The notes beneath the pieces are model-generated. The model did not search any database. It worked only from the letters and a program-made list of their open reading frames with translations, and was not told the DNA's origin. Positions 1 to 12,663 of a stretch of 64,000 bases of DNA are shown here, in pieces. The position numbers and the translations under genes were made by a program. The DNA comes from Zygnema circumcarinatum SAG 698-1b (lineage: Eukaryota; Plantae; Zygnematophyceae). The stretch lies in contig CM074810.1 of assembly GCA_037447605.1 (NCBI GenBank), positions 1,026,880-1,090,879 of the forward strand, read 5' to 3'. Within the stretch, counting starts at the first letter, position 1. Every line of letters begins with the position of its first letter.

Positions 1-2114
1 AAGTACAAAACGAATGAGGTGAACGAGGGAGGGGGATACTATAGCTCTACTCATTTGCAGGCATATGAAGACAATCCAGGTTCAAGATATCACTTTAAAT
101 GGATATCAAACCAATTGGATCATCCTTCATTCTTCGAAAAAAAATCCTGAACCTACTGTCCCAATGCAACTTCAATTTTGAATGCAACAAAAATAATTTA
201 CGTGAAGTATTAAGTTCTTGGCTAGGAAAGTATCGGAACATCGAAAATCATCATGCAATCATAAGTAATACTAGTTATGACAGCGTGAAGACTTGCACTT
301 CAATCAACTTGCACCTACAATCTTAACAAGCCACAATCCTCCTTTTGGTTCAGTGCATCAAATACTAATAAAAGGAAAATTTGAGTGTTTGGTCACAATT
401 CTCAAAAAGCGAAGACATTCTTTACCTTGAGACACTTTTCATATTCCTCTTGAACTTCAAAAGTCTCCTCCGCTGCTACATCTAAAAAAAGTACACCGCG
501 AAGGCCGTGTTGGCGCACATTGGAGTGGATGAAGAGAAAGGCCACTGCTGCTAAGGAGGACTGAATGGACATAACAAGCAGGCGGAAAGGCAGCTGCAAT
601 TCCATCCAGAAAAACCTGCCCCTTGCTCAGAGACTAGAAGCCCAGCTTTCAGTCAAAACTGTTCAACCACACACAGCTGATGCAAAACGAACTGCAAATG
701 CAAGCAATGATGTTCTAATAGAGAAATTGGCCTTCTAAACAAATCGGCTCTTCACAATAACGGAAGAAAACGTGCACTTGCCTGCTGCCCTGACTCAGTA
801 TTCTTGGGCTCTAAGCAGAGGTATATGAGCAGGGGTGCCAAGCCAATTAGCACCAGGCCGGTTCCCCACGACACTACCACACCGAAGCTCCTTGAAGCAT
901 CCAAGTATAACAGCTGCATAGTCTTCCGTACACTTTGTTCTCCCTCAGCTCTAGGGGATGAGCTGCTGTGACTACGCGGCAGGCTGCATGAACAGAACAA
1001 AGGAACCTTTCAAGTCGTGAAGTCCTATCTTGTTTCCTATCCCTCCATTCAAACTCATCTATGCAGTCTAAACGCAGACTGCATACAACTTTCGATCCAT
1101 TCCATAATCTAGGACAATACAACTGACTTCTGAGGTCTCATTACCAGAGACCACCACAGATATCGAGTTAAGAAGCTCTATGTGTTTATGGATATTCCCT
1201 TCTCGTATATATTAGCCACGTTAAGACCCAGTAACCATCGAAACGTTCTGCTCTATGCGTCCCACACTCAGTTACATTCACAAGGTGATCCCAAAATCCT
1301 CCGATCCCTGTGTCATGTAGGCTCTGTGAGATTCATCCACAGATCCTTTAGTAAATCAATCAGCCTGTCTACAATTCATTGGCTGGGTAGTCAATTCACC
1401 GAATGAAAAAAGCATGTTCGTTCTGTTCCAGCGCATTGGGTTTATAAGTCTAGTACTTTCTTCTGGTGGCAATGAAGGAAATTACCAAAAATAGGATACT
1501 CTGAAGGTAATTCAGATTATTTTGTACTTTTACCATCCAACTCTCTCTAGAAGAAGCCAGGATAAGGCATAATCTAGGTGATTGGCATCATTATTAAAAC
1601 AAAGTAAATCATTTGATAAGTTGACCGGTGGTGATACACATCAGTATCAAACCAAAATAGATTATTCAAGAAGAAACTTCCTCAAATCCTCTGTAAGGCG
1701 CTTCTAGAGGGCGCAGCCAGCGATAAAAAAAAAGGGGCCAGGAAGGGAGAGAAAGAGTAGAAATGAGGCTGACCCTGACGGTGCGTCTCGCAGGCTGCTT
1801 CGAGAGCGCAGCATAATAGGCGCCACAGGTGGTGGAAACCCTGTCCTTGCCCTGAAGCTGAATGACAGGTCATCTTCATCCGGTTCATTGACGTCACGAC
1901 GAGTCTCAACTCGGAACCTGGACGAGAGACTCTTCTCTGCGGAGTCATCCCATACGTAAGATTGCGAGGTCAAGAGAGGCTCGGAAGCTAAGCTCTCTTC
2001 TTGCATGGATATGCGACGAGAAAAGAAGTCCTTCGCAGGTTCCTCATAGCCGCCAGTTGGCAGCAAGAGAGGCTCCTGCTCTGTGTTTTGCGCATCTTGA
2101 ATTTCGACATTCAT
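1..2114 (-). CDS. DUF3537 family multi-pass membrane protein, spliced; 3' part runs off the left window edge
   Basis: Exon 1 starts MNVEIQDAQ... at 2114. Exon ~790-935 reads LLYLDASRSFGVVVSWGTGLVLIGLAPLLIYLCL. Exon ~410-600 reads IQSSLAAVAFLFIHSNVRQHGLRGVLFLD...EEYEK. These resemble the plant DUF3537 motifs W-x-C-x-D-x-S...SW and SL...SF.CL..F..KYGLRRFLFLD (recalled, not searched). Confidence 0.7.
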
Positions 2115-2857
2115 TGGGAATCACAGGCACGCCCTTCTGCAGGATGAATGCTCTATCAATGACCGCAATGCAGTACTTGAACGGCTTAATAACACTCAGA
2201 CCATTGACAGCAGGAAGGGTCGAAAGGGAACCTCCCTACAGTCCCTCCTTGTTAGAGATGTCTGGCGGTTGTTGCCAGTCAAAAGAAATTAATGTAGGAA
2301 CGCTATTTTAAATTCTACAGATTGAACGAAAAGTTCAAAATGCAGCTTCGTGAGCTGAGATAAAGAAGCGGACAATCTCGCTGCCCGAGGCTGCCATAGC
2401 CTGCCTGCCAGGCATGCAGGCCGTCCCCCCCAGGCCTCCCTCTCTCCCTCTCCTCCCGGGCCTCCCACCTTCAGGGACACTGCGCCCGGTTCGGGCCCTC
2501 CCAGACGCGCGGAGGGAACGCTCGCAAACAGAAAAGGCGGCAGTTCAAATACCGTATCGTATAGTATCGTATTGGGCATATCGTTCGTACCGTATCGTAT
2601 TGCGATACCCCAGTATAGTGCGAGTGGTCAGCTCACGGTCCGGTCGGTTCCTCGAAGGCGCACTAAATCGCCATAGTGCCACACTCTCCCTATTGTGCGA
2701 CGCAATCCTTATAGTGCGACACTCTCCCTCTGGTGCGACGCGATGGGCGGAAGAGTATGCGAAGGCTGAGGCCTAGAGGAGTCCAACCTTGTGTATGAAG
2801 GTCGTGAAGGAAGTAGCTCTCATCATGCTAAGCTTCATTAAAGAAGTTAGGTGGTGT

Positions 2858-3250
2858 GTCCTGTTGAACTGAGCCCTATTTCTTTCTCAGTTCCTTCAAT
2901 TTCATCCTTAGAAGATTTTCCTTTCCTACACATTTTCAGCAATCTTAATCATTCAGTGCACAACACACTTATCCCCAAAAGCTTTATTCCAAAGTTGAAC
3001 AGAAGCACAAGCATCCTATGCTTTCTCTCAAAGCTCCGATTGACAAAGACACAGACAACAGTAGTCTTATACATGTCCTTCCTAAAACCTCGCCTCCAAA
3101 AGCATAACATGGTGAACAACATGAACCATTCGATCGAAAGGTCTAAGGATTCACTCCACTTGCTAAACACTCAACACGTGTCAATCCGTCCAAACAGTTC
3201 CGCACACTACTTCCGTACAAAAGTTTCGCATGACCCTCTTGTATGTCCTA
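2858..3250. repeat. Dispersed ~390 bp repeat, copy 1 (copy 2 at ~38858-39240)
   Basis: Begins CTGTTGAACTGAGCCCTA..TTCTTTCTCAG and aligns colinearly with 38858 onward through ...CTTGCTAAACACTCAACACG. Confidence 0.9.
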
Positions 3251-3639
3251 CTGTATGGATCTCAATATGTCCCTCGTGTTGAGGTAGAGGAGTTAGAGGC
3301 GTAAAGTGCTTGGCTATTGTAGTTGGGGTGCAAGTTATTTATCAGAGGATAGTATAGTGCTCATGAGAGGAGGAGAAACTAGCATAAGGGAATATATGTA
3401 GATTTTCTTAGGAGCTTGTATTATACTCATGAATATTAATATGAATATTATTGTGTTATTTGTCATGTAGAGTCAATGTGTTTGATTGACATGGGAATGA
3501 GTGGAGGCGAACATTGTATGGGCGGTGTGTCGGTCCACACGAGGAGACCATTGGAGAAGCGTGGAGTGAAGGAGCCGAGACCATGAAGGAGATGAAGTAG
3601 TGTTCTTGTAGGTGGCGCGTTGTTTGTTTTTGTCCCGTC

Positions 3640-3960
3640 GCAATGGTTGGCGACCTTGGAATGCAGTGGTTGCAACGATGGGCCATGGTTTTCAATGTTG
3701 CCAACCATTGCCGCCCGCCGGCCCTTGAATTCCAAGATTGCCAACCATTGGCAATAGTTGTTTAGGGCTGGCCCGGCCCTTGAATTCCAAGATTGCCAAC
3801 CATTGGCAATAGTTGTTTAGGGCTGGCGGAAATGGTTGGCAACGTTGACAACCATTGCCAATGGTTGCAACCGTAGGCAATGGTTGTTTCGGTCCGATGG
3901 CAATGGTTGTGTCGGTCGGGCGGCGATGGCTCCAACCATTTGGCAATTGCTGTTTCGGAC
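3640..3960. repeat. Palindrome-rich CAACCATTG/CAATGGTTG repeat cluster, including a perfect 55-bp tandem duplication (3718-3772, 3773-3827)
   Basis: Many copies of (C)CAACCATTG and its reverse complement. The unit CCGGCCCTTGAATTCCAAGATTGCCAACCATTGGCAATAGTTGTTTAGGGCTGGC occurs twice in tandem. Confidence 0.85.
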
Positions 3961-4108
3961 CGGCTTGCCGAGACAAGCAGTCCGCCAAGGCGTCAGCTTG
4001 TGACGTCAGCCAAGAACATGTCAAGAACAATGTCCAACATGATTTGGTCACACCATCGATGTTGATGTTTGACCATTTCCAGAAATGAAAGAAAAGAGTA
4101 AAATGTGT

Positions 4109-4227
4109 GGGTGCGACACCGGGACTTCCCGGGAGGTCACCCATCCCAGTACTATTCCGGCCCACAGGCGCTTAGCTGCGGAGCGCTGATGGGATCCGGC
4201 GTAGTAGCCTAGGTATGATCGCACCAC
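4109..4227 (-). rRNA. 5S rRNA gene, single divergent copy
   Basis: Reverse complement reads GGTGCGATCATACC...CCGGATCCCATCAG..CTCCGCAG.TAAGCG...AGTACTGGGATGGGTGACCTCCCGGGAAGTCC.GTGTCGCACCC, ~119 nt. A-box- and C-box-like sequences are retained and a TTTT terminator follows ~5 nt downstream. Confidence 0.93.
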
Positions 4228-4448
4228 GTGTACACACGTGCAAGTGTCAAGTTTTCTTTGTTGTTTTCTTTTTTGTTTTCTCCTTTCGAGGGACGACATC
4301 GTTTAGTTCCGCTGTGCGCACCTGTGGATGATGTGAAGGCATATCGCAAGAGAAGCGATATGTGCCCCAAGGAATTGGAGAATAGTTTCTAGTTTCATCC
4401 AGGCATACTTTTATTCCTCGTAGAGTCCCCCTTTGCACCAACACTTTT

Positions 4449-4514
4449 GCCATGCCATGCCATGCCATGATGTCATGCCATGCCATGCCATGATGTCATG
4501 CCATGCCATGCCAT
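4449..4514. repeat. (CCATG)n pentanucleotide microsatellite
   Basis: GCCATGCCATGCCATGCCATGATGTCATGCCATG... read directly. Confidence 0.9.
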
Positions 4515-5000
4515 AGTTTGCAGGGCGGTGCTCAGCTTCGTCTCTGTTTGTCTCTTTGTAGCAGTCACTCAGGCAGGCACGGGGCTGCGGGAGGAGGGAA
4601 AGGCCGCGGCATTGAGCTAACGTCCGAACCCTGCGGAGGCCGCTCCGTGTGGGCTTGCATGCTGCCAAGTGAGACCTGCAGCATACCCTCGTCTCCGCTC
4701 GTTCCACCTCGTGCCTTGTTTCTGCCTCATTTCTTTTTTGCTTGCAAGAGGTAAACAGTGATATTTTTTGGAATGTCGCTGGAATTGCGCTGTTGCTTGA
4801 GTTGTGGAGGTTGATTAGCTCTGGCGGTGTGGTGCTACTTTCCCACCTATAATCGTTCGATGCAGCTAGTGTGCAGCTTGGCTGTGAGTCCTAACGGATG
4901 CTTAGGCAGAGGAAAGGGTAATATGCATCTGAGGGTGGAATGATCAGAGGTTAATGTCTGACTGTCGCAGCAATGGGGGCAACGACTACCTCCCTGCAGG

Positions 5001-6568
5001 ATGGGCTTCTCCGCTTTTGTCGGCCGGGTTTTCTTCTCTGCTTTATTCATCCTTGCTGCTTGGCAGAAGTAAGGAGTAGCTCCTTCGACGGGAAACCCTC
5101 ATTGAATGGCTCTATCGATCAATTGACTACAAACATTCTTTCCATTTGAATGTTGAGATCTTTCACAGAGTCGCAGAAATAACATTCCTTGCCGTTTATT
5201 GACTTATACGTTGTTCAATTTCTGGAATACTGTTCGTTTCTTCTTTTTTCCAATAAGGAAGATTCGAAACGGTAAGCAGTGAAAATTGCTGTACATGTTT
5301 ATTCACTCTGCAGGATGAATGAGTTTAGTGTTGATGGAGGAGAAAACATGAAGGCGTTGGAGCCAAAGCTGGAGTTATTCCGAACACATGTCTCCAGTTA
5401 TTTGAAATTTGATTTTCCGTACCTGGAGGTGAGCAATGAATTGTCGTCCATCGGGCAAGTAGGAAACCACCACCACTCAAGCAATTGGATCTGAGTAGCT
5501 TTTTCTTTTTTTTGACATTGGCTTTTCAACACTGGATTTTGCATCGATGGAGAGGTTCAACGCTACCATGTCTACGTTGTGGGCGACCAGGTAGATTGGA
5601 CTTAGATTCAGGCTAGTTGCGTCAACGATAGACATCCAGGAAGAGAAGCAAATGTATCGAAAGGCAGTCGTCACGACTTTATCGGAATGCTCAAGAAACG
5701 ATTGTCTAGAGAATGTCTTTTTGCTGTTTTCATTTTCTTGAAGTACCTGAGGACTCTTGCTTATCTTGTACCAAAAGTATGGCTTGTTGAATTTGATTGT
5801 TTTCCTTGAAGCAGTTGAAACGTGTATTTTTGGCGATGGCTGTGATCGAGGGAGTTGGAGGCATTTTGTTTACCCTGGGCAGCCGCCTTGGAGCATATCT
5901 GCTGGTAAGTGCGCCTCTATGCTTACTTCTATTGATTTATTATAGTCGTTGTCCTTGGAATCTATGTAAATTGCATGCTGGAGCACTGACATCGTCACAA
6001 GCTGAGATTCATTGGCCTTATTTCACTAACCATAGCCTCCGCAATCATTTGTACCGGGAAAATTACGTTTTCCCTGAATTCTCGATCCAACCTTGTTGCT
6101 TTTATCAGATGTTGTATCTCGCGGCAGCCACGCCTGTGATGCACGACTTTTACAACTACGACCCCTCCTCATCGCACTTTGAACAGGAATTCATTCTTTT
6201 CCTCAAGGTTCGCCAAGACCCATGTCCCTTTGATGCGTGAGCTGTGTTCTGCTCTACAGTGGACATACACCAGCTTGATTTTTTTCCACTGAGTGCAATT
6301 CTGAAAAAGGGAGATTATTTTCTACTTTTCAGAGCTCGTTGTAGGAGGCAACGTAAAGTCTCCTGAATCAGATCAAGTATCTTTAGCTAGCACTAGATTG
6401 CAGATTTGTAAACCCTGCAATCTTTAAACCTGAAACCCATTGGCTGTGCTTTGATTTCAGAACCTCTCTATGTTTGGCGCGCTGCTTTTCTTCGTGGGGA
6501 TGCGAAGTTCAACAGATAAGCTGGCGGCACGCAAACGAAAAGGAATGATCAAGTCGAAGTCTCTTTGA
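5001..6568 (+). CDS. HR-like lesion-inducing family protein (HR_lesion), 5 coding exons
   Basis: MGFSAFVGRVFFSALFILAAWQ / MNEFSVDGGENMKALEPKL... / LKRVFLAMAVIEGVGGILFTLGSRLGAYLL / MLYLAAATPVMHDFYNY...FILFLK / NLSMFGALLFFVGMR...KSL*. Introns are GT-AG. Confidence 0.92.
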
Positions 6569-7300
6569 GCATTGCTTGTTGAAAGGAAAAAGTGGGAAAG
6601 AGGGAGGGAAGAGGAGATGCAAAGCCAGACCATGAATGAGCTTCCACCACAGAAACAGTGGCTCCAAGTTGGAGCACAACCAGCATTCCATTCAGAGGAT
6701 ATGCAGGAGCTTCGTATGCAAGGGACTGGCCTGTTGGGGAGTTTTCAACGGGCTTAATGGAGTCCAAGGCGACGCTATTGAAAGCATCATACAGTCGTGA
6801 GGCAGTGAGAAAACTACTTTGTTTTATTGAATCTGCACAAGAGCCTTGGTACAGCAAATGCCACATCTGCTAAATCATAGAGTACGAGTCCTCAATCAGT
6901 GTGGCTGAAGTTTAGGAGCTAGGTCCCTCCAGAATGAAGGTGTACCCCTTTTGGGTACCATTGTAGAGATTGACAGCACCTTCTTTCTGGTCTGCTCCCC
7001 CTCAGGTCTTTAACTTATGGCTATGGAGCAGGATCCTGCGCTCCGTCCAGCTGTAGTACAATTCTGTTATGGCCTTTCGCTATAATGACACAATTGCATA
7101 CTCACGGTATCAGAAATGTAATCAGTTGGAGGTTTAATGCGCTCAGTGAGAGTTCTCTTTTGCCTTTTGGGGTTAAGGATACAATTTCTACCAAAGTGGC
7201 CGTCGGGCCCGCGTGGGTCTTGCAGTAAGGAAAAAAGGAGCACGGATGGGGAGGGAGGTGACGAGAGTTCATGAGAGAGTTCAGCACCCTTCGATTGGTT

Positions 7301-7301
<1 letters not shown>

Positions 7302-7341
<40 letters not shown>

Positions 7342-7351
7342 NNNNNNNNNN

Positions 7352-7394
<43 letters not shown>

Positions 7395-7398
7395 CCAT
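7302..7398. repeat. (CT)n and (GCCCAT)n microsatellites flanking a 10-N gap (7342-7351)
   Basis: Read directly. Confidence 0.95.
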
Positions 7399-7650
7399 GG
7401 GCCCCATACCATATGCCCAGGGACGGCCTCGCCCTCAGCCCTCCAAAGCAGGCGGCGGTCCCCCCCCCCCCAAGGCCCAACAAGCGAGCAGTGTACGGTA
7501 CTCGAGGCACTACCACAAATAGGGGTTGTCAGACTCCAGCAAAAAGTTTACGAAAAGTTTTGCGATGTGCCTCACATCGGTGACCTTCGCGGTTGCTTCT
7601 ATGGAGGGCTGCGTTGTTGCGCCTAGACATAGTTTTCCGCTCTTAGCTTC

Positions 7651-7755
7651 TTTCTTTTGTGCTTAAGTCCTTTGCGACCTGTTTCTCGTGGTTTTCGCTT
7701 TTGTCCATGTATATTTGATGGCCTCGTCATCGTGAGATCGATGCCATTTTCCCTA
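7651..7755. repeat. Short dispersed repeat ~105 bp, copy 1 (copy 2 at ~18038-18152)
   Basis: Shared TTTCTTTTGT..TT.AGTCCTTTGCGACC.GTT.CTCGTGGTT...GCTTTTGTCCATGTA.A.TTGATGGC...CGTGAGATC.ATGCCA. Confidence 0.85.
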
Positions 7756-8149
7756 TTCTTCTAAAAGTTCGCGATCTGTATTACACTACTACGCTACTAC
7801 CAATAACCCTACTACCAATAAGTTTGAACTTTGAACAATGGAAGAACAAAGGTCCTTGTTCAAATGCGAATCTAATGCCAAACAAATTGAACGTTGGACA
7901 ATTAACTCGCAGACGTGTTCAATTCTAGTCTACTTCGCACCCACCGATCACCAATGAGATTTTGGCTAATCGCAAAGCGCGTGGACCCAGGTCCACTCGA
8001 GTTCAAAATTTGTCCATTTCCATTACCGTACAGTACCCGTACCACCATCCACCGGCGCGTTCCCACTGGACCCAGATCCTCGCCGCCTACTAGGGCACCC
8101 TTTCAGGGTGGATGGTGCCTCCATTAGTGGTACCCTCACAGCGCATGGG

Positions 8150-8202
8150 CCAATGAGGGGATGCCACGTTAAATATTGGGATACGTGGCATGTTTCGATT
8201 GG
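8150..8202. promoter_or_regulatory. Inverted pair of CCAAT-N9-CCACG (ERSE-type) elements upstream of TMEM14/FAX
   Basis: CCAAT-gaggggatg-CCACG (8150-8168) and CGTGG-catgtttcg-ATTGG (8184-8202). Confidence 0.7.
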
Positions 8203-8362
8203 TTTACGTGAAGGAGGGCTCCCTGAAAGGCGTACCACCCTCCCTCCCCGTGCTCTGGGCATAGAGTGGGAGGGCAGCAAGTGCTTGAGAGGGAGGGAAG
8301 GGAGAGAGGGAGAGAGGGAGGGAGGGAGGGAGGGAGGGAGGGAGGAGAAAGGGGCTGCCGCC

Positions 8363-9696
8363 ATGCACGACTTCTGCCTGACCTTCCCCTTCGCGGCGCT
8401 GCTGCTGCTGGGCGGGGCGGCGGGCTATGTTCGCCGCGGCAGCGTGCATTCCCTGGCCATGGCAACCGCCTGCTCGCTCATCCTCTCTTTCGCGGGGTAC
8501 AGCCAGCTGTCGGCTTTTAAGACCGGCGGCAACAGTGTACTGGCGATGCTGCTGCAGCTAGGTAGGTCGAATTTATGGCATTCTTCTCACGCAGTTCTTG
8601 CTCCGCCAGCAATTAAAAAAAAATATTGTATTTTATTCTTCATTGAAAATTCTTTTGTATGGGACATTCACAATGTACAGGAGCCCTTTTTTTTTCCGCC
8701 TTGGACATACATGACCTATAGGTCAGACACGTAGTGTTAATTAAAACATGGCGCGTTTGCGAAGTTACGATGACCCCTTTTTTTTTTTCCAATTTATGAT
8801 TTTATTTCTCTGACAATTTGCCCCTGCCTTACCTCTCGCTAGTGCTTGCTCTGGCCTTTCATCCTCCTCTATAGTCACGTACCTGTGCACCCATATCTAA
8901 CAAAGCATCTGATGCATTCATTGTTTTTACTTTTTATACTTGCGTGCCGTTGGTCGTCTGACGTCTTTGCTATATGCTGAAGTGAAGCTGCAACCTAAGC
9001 AATTGCCTTACATTGTTCAAGATTGTCAGTGTGTGACTTTAGGAGGTGTGCGATTTTATTTTTTTGGATTAGCTCTGCTTGTTTGGCAAAGATGTTTGTG
9101 ACCGTTTCTGCGGAATTGAAAGGAACTCGAGTACAGAATAGTCTGTCTCAATCATATTCGGTTGTGTTGGTGCAGCCATCTCAATTTCTCTAGCAGTGGT
9201 GCTTGGCCAGCGATACGCAGAAACAGGGAAATTGATGCCGGCTGGTATAGTGGCAGTGCTAAGGTGGGCCTCTACTTCATGGCATTGGACGTGAATGCAG
9301 TCTTTGTGCGTTTACCTTTATGACAGTGCAAGTTTAATTTGGTTCCTGTAAACATTGTATGCGTGCGGAGTCTAATGTGTGTAGTTATAGAAATGAAGCA
9401 GCAAAGTTTATTGCTATTAAAACCTCCAGAGCAAGTATCTTGCTGTACAAATGAATAGAGTGCTAGGTGTCACAGACAAAGGTTGAGACATAGAGTTGAT
9501 TCTTGATGCTTCTTAGTTGAGTGCGATGAGAGAGGGTTCAAACGTTGCTTGAAGCCAATTGGAGCTAAATCTCAAGATTGGATGCTGATGAATAGAAGCG
9601 CTTCATCGGGAGTGCAGTGCCCTTATGGCTCTCTTCTATGCCTACAAGCTGCTTCGGGGGGGAAACATTATCTCGAAGAAGGTCAGCAGTGACTGA
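8363..9696 (+). CDS. TMEM14 family / fatty acid export protein (FAX5/FAX6-like), 3 exons
   Basis: MHDFCLTFPFAALLLLGGAAGYVRRGS...LQL / AISISLAVVLGQRYAETGKLMPAGIVAVL / SALMALFYAYKLLRGGNIISKKVSSD*. The MHDFC and K.MPAG motifs are diagnostic. Confidence 0.93.
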
Positions 9697-11313
9697 GGTA
9701 TGAACATCCAACTGTTGGTGTTTGTAGACTACCGCAGAGTTTGCACTGGCTCCGTATCCAACGCATGGCTATTCTCTCATCATCCAAATGTCCCATCAAG
9801 TCTGTCTTATTTGTCAGTGAAGGAACTTCGCTTTCTGCTGAGTATGACAGCAGTGAGTGCAATTAACATTTGTGACTGGGAGCACTCAAATATGAAAGCG
9901 CAACATATCAGTTTAGCTTACACAGCTATTAATACATGACAAGCTAAACCTTTGGGAGGATTTGAGAGCTGGCCCTTAAGCCTCCCCTTCATGGCCATTT
10001 CTAGTCAGAGTTTGTTCCACGAGTCGCATTGCCTTGCAGATGAGCTGATGGGAGAGGGGCTGAGGGAGGCTTGGATTGCAGGCGCTACAAGGATCCCTTG
10101 CGTACAAAGCCGGCGCTCGTATTGGAAGATTCCTCGTATTGAACTATGAGGAACCATGCTCCACTTCTTGTCGATTTTCTTTTTTTCCTTTTTCCGTATC
10201 TTCATCGTATTGCTATTCTTCTGCTTTGTACATGAACACTCTCGACTGAGCAGTTCACTATTGAAATCTTCGCAAAGGACACGCATGGGCTGAGGCCCAC
10301 AGAAGGTGATTTTCCTTTTTTTCGCATTAATGGCATAGATAAGAGTTATTTTCCATTTTTAGAGCCAACTCCTCGTTACTAAAAATAAAGGCTACCACGT
10401 GCTGGGCACGTGAGGTACGTCCGAGATCAGTCGAAACAATCAGGAAAGCTCTATAGACAAGCCCTAGGGCAAAAACAAGAAATAGCTGTATCAAGCTCGA
10501 GCCTTTCTCAATGTGTAACTGCAACCTCGAACTTAAGTGGTTCAACAGTGATGTACTGCTGAAATCAGTGACTGAATGGACTTGCGGCTTCATTTGTTGC
10601 TACAAGAAACCAGACATTCAAGTTATCAAGTTAAGCCCTATGTTGAGTACGATAAACCACTCCACCATTGTAAGGAACTTTGCCTCTTCAACTCAGTGTT
10701 TTCCATCAGTCAGCTAATGAGGGGGGGGGGGGGGAGGGAGGGGGAGGGGTCCTGGGCTTAGCTAGCTTCGGGGGGTCATCCATACTTCCAAGTATGAAGA
10801 ACGCTACATGTTAATCCGAACTTGAACCTTTCAAAAATGAGAATTTGAGACTTTCAACAAGGACAGCCTGCCTAACTAAAACCTACTCAATATGGGGTTC
10901 TCTAACAATACAAAGTGATTCCAAAGCGTCAATGCCTTCCCTATGGAACAAAGGTAATCATCAGGTCAAAATGCCACATACATGATATGAAACCAGCTGC
11001 TTGGCAGCACGTGATCGGCTGATCTCTCCCCTTGAGACATCAGCGGTGATGCCCATCTCAGGCCAGTTGAAACTCCCTTCGTGTGATGACAGTGAACCAG
11101 GGCTTCATGACTGGTGCCTCCTGGTGCAGCCCATGCTGGCCACTCCTCCCCTTTTTTGACAAGGCTCTCCTTGCTGCTTTTCAGCACCATTAAATTCGTT
11201 ATTGAAGGTAGGGAGTCACATCCAATTCCTTTGAAGAATCGTCCCCATCCTAAGTGATAGTCAGGTTCAGTCTCTGGTAACTTCGGTATTAAGGGCTGTA
11301 CAATGCACCTGTA

Positions 11314-12293
11314 TCATTCGTGCGAGTTCAAATCTGCTCCCTCATTGCTCACTGTCCCAGTCAACGGAGGAACGTCATTGCCATCGTTTGCGAGATTCCC
11401 ATCTCCGCCCTCTTCCACCATGCCATCTTCTGCTTCTCCCCCTTCGATTATGGTGTTTACCTCGTCTGCATCTTCTGGAACTTCTACTTCCTCAGCCTCG
11501 TCTGCATGCCTGCCTTCATCGCTTGCAGTATGCTCAACTTCTGCAGCTATGGCCACTGAAGCGTGTCCCTCAGCATCGATATCGGCCTTCCTCTTCTTTC
11601 CCTCTGACCGAGTCTTGGCCTCCGACTTCTTTGTGCGGCTTTCCCGGCGATGTGCTGCATCCAAACGACAGTGGAAGCACAGCACAGCAGATTGGGGAAC
11701 ATAAACAAAGGAACCAACAATTTTTTTCCAGCTCTCCTCCAGTTCCTGGAGATGAAATGGTGAAAAACTGCAATTCTCATCAGAATTATGCGAATAAGTT
11801 GCCGTGCTACTCGTACCTTCTAAGGCTGCCTCTAGAGGAGGCACAAACTCTCCAAAGCCGAGGTCCTTCACTGCTGTCAGAATATCCGCCGCACTAATCG
11901 TCTGGCGCTTGCCTTCATGGCACACCTCGTTGGCTCTGCCAAAGTTCCCAGAGCAAAAAGTTTTCAGAAAGATTCACCACCTCCTCACCCCTTGTGCATC
12001 TCCTTCTCCAGCTATGGCCCTGCCGTGCCATCCACCCTCCTCCCACTCCTCTCGTTGCATCCCATCCCATACTTTGCACCTGCATCTTGTCAACTCTACC
12101 AGCATGTTTTGGATAAGTGAGGCCCCTCTCACGCGGCAGCAAGGTAATGGATGAAGATCTTGGCTCCCTCCGCCAGAGCGACAAGCGCATCCTTATTGAC
12201 CTGCACGTCTCGCAGTCCACTGCTCTGCAGCAGCGTGGCTCTCACAATCCTCCTCACGATTGTGCGTGGAAGCTCCTCCGCCTCAGACGCCAT
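11314..12293 (-). CDS. POLE3: Histone-fold protein, DNA polymerase epsilon subunit 3 / DPB4 / CHRAC17 (NF-YB11-like), 3 exons, acidic tail
   Basis: MASEAEELPRTIVRRIV...VNKDALVALAEGAKIFIHYLAA / ANEVCHEGKRQTISAADILTAVKDLGFGEFVPPLEAALE / D/E-rich C-terminus. Confidence 0.88.
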
Positions 12294-12663
12294 AGCGGTA
12301 GACCTTCGACGCGCAGCTCCCCTCGAAAAATGCCTGTGTCTTTGAGATTTTCCAGCCGCACCCTTACCCGCGCTTAGCCCTAACTTCCGCCATGGCCAGG
12401 CCTGGTCTTTGACGAGGCTCTGATCTTAGCCCTAACCCCCACTCTGCTGCAACCGCCGTTCCAACCGCAACCGTGATGCCCGGTTGCTTCTATCTGAAGG
12501 CGAAGCTGCTCAACTTCTGCTCGCTCGCCCTGCAAACATTTCATTCTCGCCCGCTCTCCCTCCACTCCACTCTATTCACTATCTTCCCACTGCTTTCTCT
12601 CTGCTCTCCCTCCATTCCTTTATCTCCCCCTTTTCTCGAAAACCTGTGACATTGTCCGGAGCA

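Noticed and set aside
6549-6873. ORFs downstream of the HR-lesion gene
   Set aside because: They show no family similarity and are likely 3' UTR.
9900-11290. Short minus-strand ORFs (93, 88, 74 aa) as an extra gene
   Set aside because: There is no recognisable motif or consistent exon chain. It is probably UTR or intergenic sequence.
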